The notes below the pieces were generated by a model. The model searched no databases. It was not told the origin of the DNA and saw nothing but the letters and a program-made list of their open reading frames with translations. DNA of 64,000 nucleotides from Pseudomonadota bacterium (GTDB taxonomy: Bacteria > Pseudomonadota > Gammaproteobacteria > Steroidobacterales > Steroidobacteraceae): contig JAKAZL010000004.1 of the NCBI GenBank assembly GCA_021815925.1, forward strand, positions 8,753 through 72,752, in the 5' to 3' direction. The stretch's first letter is position 1, and every line of letters begins with the position of its first letter. Positions 63,743 through 64,000 of this stretch are shown in pieces. The translations under genes were made by a program, and so were the position numbers.

Positions 63743-64000
63743 ATGCCCGGTTACGACAGCGAACCATTCGTCGTGCAGCGCGAAGTCCGCGCGGTCATCG
63801 TGCCGGCCGGCACTGAAGTGACGCTGCAGCCCGGCCAGTCCGGCTACATCACCCAGGCGCTCGGGGGCAGCTTCACCGTCTACGTCGACGGCAACCTGTT
63901 CCGCATCGCCGGCGAGGACGCCGCCGCCATCGGCCGCGAGCCGGTCAAGGCCCCGGAGCTGCCGCCGAATGCGACCGAAGAGGACGTGCGCCAGCTCGCC
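63743..64000 (+). CDS. sufT: putative SufT (DUF59-containing Fe-S assembly protein), N-terminal 86 codons; continues past the window end
   Basis: The frame stays open to the window end with coding-like GC3. Its position after sufU and the N-terminal V.A..IP.G..V.L..G ... TQ.LGGSFTV pattern resemble SufT. Confidence 0.6.
   Translation, partial: MPGYDSEPFVVQREVRAVIVPAGTEVTLQPGQSGYITQALGGSFTVYVDGNLFRIAGEDAAAIGREPVKAPELPPNATEEDVRQLA

Overview
This is a high-GC (about 70%) gammaproteobacterial chromosome segment. Gene order resembles Xanthomonadales/Nevskiales, but that placement is an inference. The content is almost entirely core housekeeping. Recognised loci, in order: carBA, dapB, hrcA-grpE-dnaK-dnaJ, nadK, recN, fur/bamE, ratA-rnfH, smpB plus tmRNA, an opgG-opgH-opgD glucan cluster, two methyltransferases, an oxidoreductase-aguB-ATP-grasp trio, prc, ppsR/ppsA, orn/rsgA, recR-ybaB-dnaX with SRP RNA, a CueR-like regulator divergent from a Tat-exported cupredoxin-like protein, a GDT1-family exporter, ohr, a 1045-aa DUF748 protein, panE-like, Asp/Glu racemase, tRNA-Ser(GGA), dapA/gcvR/bcp, PIN-PhoH, a BepA-like M48 protease, mlaA plus mlaFEDCB, class I fba, and an Rrf2-sufBCDS-sufU-sufT operon. 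I found no CRISPR array, IS element, integrase or recognisable defence system, and no clearly novel multi-gene system. The only accessory-looking DNA is about 2 kb next to tRNA-Ser. There, a 16-nt copy of the tRNA 3' end brackets a roughly 1 kb AT-richer islet that carries only vapBC. Other points worth a second look are two back-to-back MerR-type promoters, the translationally coupled oxidoreductase/aguB/ATP-grasp trio, a ppsR-DUF1249-coiled-coil gene string, a 99-aa lipoprotein at the bamC position, and tandem 13-mers upstream of carA. All family calls rest on motif and N-terminus recognition by eye, with no database search. Start codons were refined from the ORF track using family-typical N-termini, ribosome-binding sites (RBS) and stop/start overlaps.
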